A stretch of DNA of 64,000 bases from a virus, in IMG/VR virus record IMGVR_UViG_3300042301_002170. One strand, 5' to 3'. Numbering within the stretch: position 1 is the stretch's first letter; each line of letters begins with the position of its first letter. The notes under the pieces are model-generated. The model saw nothing but the letters and a program-made list of their open reading frames with translations, was not told where the DNA came from and did not search any database. Positions 59,934-64,000 of this stretch are shown piece by piece. A program made the translations under genes and the position numbers.

Positions 59934-60301
59934 AAAAAATAATTTTAGGATTAGCAATAATCGCAACCTTAGTAAGTTGCCAAAATGAAGAAGCATTATT
60001 ACCAACTCCAACAGAAGTAACTGAAAAATTACAAATAGTTGGAAATATGGGAATTAAAGTAGAAACACCATTTGTAAAAGAAGAAGTTGCTATGAATGTA
60101 AAAGCAGAAACTGCTGGAACATATGTAGTAAAAATATTAAACATAGCGAATAAATCGGTATCAAAAGAAGAGGTAACGATAAAAGCAGGAGATAATCTAT
60201 TAAAGATTTACGCAAATGCTTTACCATCTTCGGCATACAGAATTGGTTTATTTGATATGCAAGGAAATTTATTAGGAATTACAGATTTTAACAAATTATA
60301 A
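59930..60301 (+). CDS. Lipoprotein with a T9SS-CTD-like Ig domain
   Basis: Lipobox LVSC followed by QNEE; AGTYVVKILNI..KAGDN..I..LPSSAY.I.L.D..G. Confidence 0.6.
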   Translation: MKKIILGLAIIATLVSCQNEEALLPTPTEVTEKLQIVGNMGIKVETPFVKEEVAMNVKAETAGTYVVKILNIANKSVSKEEVTIKAGDNLLKIYANALPSSAYRIGLFDMQGNLLGITDFNKL

Positions 60302-60314
60302 AATAAAACAAAAA

Positions 60315-60638
60315 ATGGCAGAAGAAACAGAAAACTCAGGTGGGGGTTCATTGAAAAGTATTTTAATTGGACTTGCTAGTACAATCGCATTGGGAGTTGG
60401 TGGTTACGCAACCAAACAACTAACAGGTGAAGGAGATGAACCAGCGGCAGCAGTATCAGCACCCGCACCGGTAATCAACATCACTAATTCTAACCAACAA
60501 GCTCAACAACAGGCAGCAGGTGGTAAGACGGTAATCATCAAAGAAAAAACAGTTCAAGGAGCAGCACAACCTGCACCAGCACCTAAACCTAAGAAAAAGG
60601 AAGGTGATGAATTTAAGGAAGAAAAACCTCAATGGTAA
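60315..60638 (+). CDS. Membrane-anchored protein with a Pro/Gln/Ala-rich disordered tail
   Basis: ILIGLASTIALGVGGYA TM helix. Confidence 0.65.
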   Translation: MAEETENSGGGSLKSILIGLASTIALGVGGYATKQLTGEGDEPAAAVSAPAPVINITNSNQQAQQQAAGGKTVIIKEKTVQGAAQPAPAPKPKKKEGDEFKEEKPQW

Positions 60639-60644
60639 TATAAT

Positions 60645-60992
60645 ATGGAACAACAAACTCCATCGGGATTTAAGGATTTATTAAACCAAATGATGAAAAG
60701 AAGGTGGTTAATGACATTAATTGTCTTAATTACTTTTATGTTTACTACATTTGGAATTCTTATTTCTATACACGCAGATACTGTTGTTGGACAAGAATGG
60801 AAAGAATTATTACTTTTATTATTAGGAGCATTTATAGGCTCTTATGGTAAAATTATAGATTATTGGTTTTCAGATACCGACAAAGATAAGATGTTGGTTC
60901 AAAAAATGGATGAAGAAGATGGTGTATCTCTTTCAAATACAGGTGGTGGAGCACCGACAGATGATAAAAATATACATCACAATATAGATTAG
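60645..60992 (+). CDS. Two-TM membrane protein
   Basis: Two hydrophobic helices; YWFSDTDKD. Confidence 0.65.
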   Translation: MEQQTPSGFKDLLNQMMKRRWLMTLIVLITFMFTTFGILISIHADTVVGQEWKELLLLLLGAFIGSYGKIIDYWFSDTDKDKMLVQKMDEEDGVSLSNTGGGAPTDDKNIHHNID

Positions 60993-61001
60993 AATAAGTT
61001 A

Positions 61002-61011
61002 CATAGTTATT
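61002..61011 (+). promoter_or_regulatory. Class-B promoter motif
   Basis: CATAGTTATT 20 nt upstream of ATG 61032. Confidence 0.35.
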
Positions 61012-61031
61012 AACATTTTAAACAAACAATT

Positions 61032-61331
61032 ATGGGATTTATTTCAGAATTATTCAATGATGACAACAACATAAACGAAAAATCGGTTGTTGGATTCGCA
61101 TCATTTGCAGTTATGGTATTAGCTATAACTGTAGATTTGGTAACCGGTTGGTTAGGTAAAGAATTACTTATCAACGAGTATATTTTTAATGGTTTCTTAA
61201 CAATTACATTAGGTTCATTTGGTATTGCATCAGTTGATAAATTTGTAAATAAGAAAGCAGAAAATGATAAACTAGCTCATTTGGATAGCATCCAACCCGA
61301 ACCGATTAAGGAAGAGGAAGAATTAGGATAG
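61032..61331 (+). CDS. Two-TM membrane protein (holin-like size)
   Basis: Two TM helices and an acidic C-terminus. Confidence 0.6.
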   Translation: MGFISELFNDDNNINEKSVVGFASFAVMVLAITVDLVTGWLGKELLINEYIFNGFLTITLGSFGIASVDKFVNKKAENDKLAHLDSIQPEPIKEEEELG

Positions 61332-61336
61332 TAATT

Positions 61337-61364
61337 AAAGGGAGATTTATTCTCCCTTTTTTTT
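61337..61364 (+). terminator. Intrinsic terminator
   Basis: AAAGGGAGA-TTTAT-TCTCCCTTT followed by a T run. Confidence 0.8.
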
Positions 61365-61373
61365 ATACTTATA
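61364..61373 (+). promoter_or_regulatory. Class-B promoter motif
   Basis: TATACTTATA 23 nt upstream of ATG 61397. Confidence 0.5.
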
Positions 61374-61396
61374 GGTAAACCAAAACTATATTATGT

Positions 61397-62116
61397 ATGA
61401 AAAATTTATTGCTATTATTAAGTTTATGTTCGTTAAGCAGTGTTGCAGTAGGACAAACGGTAGGAACAACAAAAACTGAAAACTACAAAGCATCATTTGA
61501 AACGAAGGTGGACATTAGTGAATTGATGGATTATGATGGTCCAACTATTCCAGTACAAATCTTAAAATGTGGAATAAGTGATGAAATTTTGGAACAGTAT
61601 CCGGAACTTAAAGAAAAGAAGGTGGGCTTGGGTGTTGCTAATATATCTATGGAATACCTTGAAAATCTCAATCGTTTTACTTTTACTGAGGATAAGACAG
61701 AATTAAAGAATAGAATGGTTGCCCAATTCAAAGCATCTCAATCTGGTATATCACAAGATAAATTAGATGGTAGAGGTAAGATTAGATTGGCACACTATTT
61801 CGTAACGATTGAGGTATATGATTTTTCAGTATCGGAAGATGAGACAGTAAATCTAAAAGATGGAGTTAAAAACAAAATGGTAACTCGTTTAGGTTTGCAA
61901 GTTAGATTCACAGATGCTGAAACAGGTGAAGTATTTGGGGCATCTGGTTTAGGTGAAGCAACTACAACTCGTGAATTATCTTTATTATCAGATGCAACCG
62001 TAGATGAGGTTAAATTTAATCAATCTACAATTGGAACATCAACAAAGAAAGCATTGGATATTGCTTGTGCCCGTATTCTATTAAGAATGATTAAGAAGGG
62101 AAAATTTCAAAAATAA
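61397..62116 (+). CDS. Secreted CsgG/HfaB-like protein
   Basis: SPI signal ending AVG/Q; GLGVANI..L.N.NRF....K.EL; GRGKI..AHYFV...VYDF; LGLQVRFTDAETGEV. Confidence 0.6.
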   Translation: MKNLLLLLSLCSLSSVAVGQTVGTTKTENYKASFETKVDISELMDYDGPTIPVQILKCGISDEILEQYPELKEKKVGLGVANISMEYLENLNRFTFTEDKTELKNRMVAQFKASQSGISQDKLDGRGKIRLAHYFVTIEVYDFSVSEDETVNLKDGVKNKMVTRLGLQVRFTDAETGEVFGASGLGEATTTRELSLLSDATVDEVKFNQSTIGTSTKKALDIACARILLRMIKKGKFQK

Positions 62117-62122
62117 TAAATT

Positions 62123-62863
62123 ATGACAAAAAAGGAAGTATTATATAATGCTAGTTTAGCAGTATTAGCTTATTCTAAACAAGAAGAAATTAAGTGGGAT
62201 GAATACGGATTAGAATTAGTTAAGTGGATTGAAAATAAAAAATCAGACACACAAGGATTTGTAGCAACAAAAGATAAATCAATCTATGTTGTATGGAGAG
62301 GTAGTGAATCAAAGAAGGATTTCCAAAACGATGCTTCAATTGATAAAGTACCATTCTTAAACGAAGGTGAAAAAGTACATATTGGATTTAAATATTGTTG
62401 GGAATCGGTAGTGGGTGATGCATATGACGCAATTGATACTGCAATAGAAAACCTACAAGGTAAAACTAAAGATATTGTAGTTTGTGGACATAGTTTGGGT
62501 GGGGCAGTTGCAACATTATATGCACACTCAATAAAGAAACACTATCCTGATTATAATATCAAATCTGTAACAATCGGAAGTCCAAGAGTTGGTAATAAAA
62601 CATTCAAAGATAATTATGATTTATCTGATATAGATACTTTACGAATCGTTCATAATAACGATTTAGTAACTCACACACCATACATTAAATTTTACCACGT
62701 AAACTATCAGTTACGATTGGATAATAATGGTAATATATTAAAGAGAGATAAATCATTAGATGCATTGTGGTTGTACATAAAAGCATTATTTTCAGGTAAA
62801 AATATCAAAGACCATATGTGCGATGGGTATATGGAAGCTCTACAAAATTGGGCAAAGAAGTAA
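62123..62863 (+). CDS. Class 3 lipase
   Basis: YVVWRGS, VHIGF, CGHSLGGAVA, TIGSPRVGN, RIVHNNDLV..P, DH. Confidence 0.9.
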   Translation: MTKKEVLYNASLAVLAYSKQEEIKWDEYGLELVKWIENKKSDTQGFVATKDKSIYVVWRGSESKKDFQNDASIDKVPFLNEGEKVHIGFKYCWESVVGDAYDAIDTAIENLQGKTKDIVVCGHSLGGAVATLYAHSIKKHYPDYNIKSVTIGSPRVGNKTFKDNYDLSDIDTLRIVHNNDLVTHTPYIKFYHVNYQLRLDNNGNILKRDKSLDALWLYIKALFSGKNIKDHMCDGYMEALQNWAKK

Positions 62864-62865
62864 TC

Positions 62866-62887
62866 TTAACAATTTGGTAACATTGAT
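62866..62887 (+). promoter_or_regulatory. Pho-box-like 11-nt-period direct repeat
   Basis: TTAACAATTTG GTAACATTGAT; cores at 62866 and 62877. Confidence 0.45.
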
Positions 62888-62911
62888 AATAGTATTTTAA
62901 TAAGATAGTTT

Positions 62912-62921
62912 CCTACTTATT
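62912..62921 (+). promoter_or_regulatory. Class-B promoter motif (variant)
   Basis: CCTACTTATT 19 nt upstream of ATG 62941. Confidence 0.35.
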
Positions 62922-62940
62922 GTAAACCAAAAATACAATA

Positions 62941-64000
62941 ATGAGGAAACTATTTTTATTATCATTTCTGTTACTAACACATCAATTATTATCACAAACC
63001 TTATCAGGTAAAGTAAAATCAAACAAAGAAGAACTTATAGGTGTAACCGTTTGGATTACCAATAATACAACGAATAAGAAAGTAGGTACAACATCCGATA
63101 TAGATTCCAAATATCAATTTTCCAATATACAAAAAGGAAATTATTCAGTAAAAGCATCATTTGTTGGATATAAAGAGTACAATAAACAAATACAAATTGA
63201 TACAACAACTAATTTAGATATTCAATTAGAAGAGGATACTAAATTATTGCAAGAAGTTGTGGTAAAGCAAGTAGCAAAGAAAGAAACTGCAACTGCACTT
63301 ATCAACACACTTAAAGCATCTTACATTGTAGCAGATGGGTTATCAATTGAATCCATAAAGAAAACACCAGATAGAACTGTTGGAGATGCACTTAAAAGAG
63401 TAAGTGGTGTAACAATCCAAAACGATAAGTTTGTTTTAGTTAGAGGTTTAGCTGATAGATACAACTCGGCTCTACTAAACAAATCAATCTTACCATCAAC
63501 CGAACCCGATAGAAGGGCATTCTCATTTGATATTATCCCAACATCACTTATAGATAATATTATCATCAACAAAGGAGCATCGGCAAACCTACCGGGTGAT
63601 TTCGCAGGAGGTTTAGTACAAATAACAACAAAAGAAGTTAGTGGTGATTTCTTAAATGTATCATTGGGAGGAAGTTGGGGTTCATTATCAACTGGACAGA
63701 ATTTTAGATTGGTAGACCCTATACAATTCCCATCAACATTTCCATCAACAAACACATATAGGATTGCTGGATTAGGTGATAGGAGAGCATACACTAAACT
63801 AATAGGTTCTCCACAATCCGAAGAGTTTTCATCTATTCCAAACTTAAATGGTAACTTATCATTTGGTGTTGTAAAAAACAAATGGAACATCTTATTCAGT
63901 TCAACTGCAAGAAACACATACTCTGCTAACACAACTGAAAGAATAGATTATCAATCATCAACGGAATTAGCATACAATTACAAAGACTTAAATTACTCAA
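62941..64000 (+). CDS. TonB-dependent receptor, 3'-partial (not in the ORF track)
   Basis: Open to the window end (353 codons). SPI signal MRKLFLLSFLLLTHQLLS/Q; CarboxypepD_reg-like ..SFVGY..L.EVVV; plug DALKRVSGVT..VRGLADRYN..LPSTEPDRRAFSFDIIP..I.I.KG..PGDFAGGLVQITTK. Confidence 0.9.
   Translation, partial: MRKLFLLSFLLLTHQLLSQTLSGKVKSNKEELIGVTVWITNNTTNKKVGTTSDIDSKYQFSNIQKGNYSVKASFVGYKEYNKQIQIDTTTNLDIQLEEDTKLLQEVVVKQVAKKETATALINTLKASYIVADGLSIESIKKTPDRTVGDALKRVSGVTIQNDKFVLVRGLADRYNSALLNKSILPSTEPDRRAFSFDIIPTSLIDNIIINKGASANLPGDFAGGLVQITTKEVSGDFLNVSLGGSWGSLSTGQNFRLVDPIQFPSTFPSTNTYRIAGLGDRRAYTKLIGSPQSEEFSSIPNLNGNLSFGVVKNKWNILFSSTARNTYSANTTERIDYQSSTELAYNYKDLNYS

Noticed and set aside
55369-64000. 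Host chromosomal DNA or a prophage boundary
   Set aside because: Same strand, same class-B motifs and same GATC avoidance as the phage core; no integrase or att site seen. A chimera cannot be fully excluded without reads

Overview
One 64 kb stretch of a large, AT-rich, T4-like (myovirus-style) phage that almost certainly infects a Bacteroidota host. The host call rests on repeated TTTG-N19/20-TAnnTTTG promoters, Gln-starting signal peptides, a C-Q-K-E-D lipoprotein export signal, a DUF4494-like gene and a CarboxypepD_reg/plug TonB-dependent receptor. Every credible gene is on the + strand in the standard code. Layout: (1) 1-6.7 kb, end of a tail/baseplate block, a minimal family-A polymerase and probable head proteins. 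(2) 7.2-29.3 kb, replication and nucleotide module (gp32, RecA/UvsX, 5'-3' exonuclease, GroES, gp41 helicase, NrdB/NrdA, PhoH, Trx, clamp, PolB, dUTPase, clamp loaders, Fe-S nuclease). Embedded in it is a candidate DNA-modification set: PLP enzyme, nuclease-ParB fusion and two SPPY methyltransferase-fold paralogues. (3) 29.3-44.1 kb, glycosylation island of about ten GT-like genes plus an AT-rich GT2-radical SAM / oxidoreductase / ATP-grasp cassette. (4) 44-55 kb, mixed genes (HAD, APS kinase-like, HNH-like, GroEL, ParB-like, GH19 endolysin, SGNH pair). (5) 55.4-64 kb, a cluster of host-envelope-targeted proteins: two CsgG-like, two cohesin/dockerin-like proteins (one with a C-type lectin), two lipoproteins made of a T9SS-CTD-like domain, small membrane proteins, a lipase, and a TonB-dependent receptor preceded by a Pho-box-like repeat. 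Block 5 and the DNA-modification set are the best candidates for undescribed systems. All functional calls come from motif recognition by eye; no database search was run.
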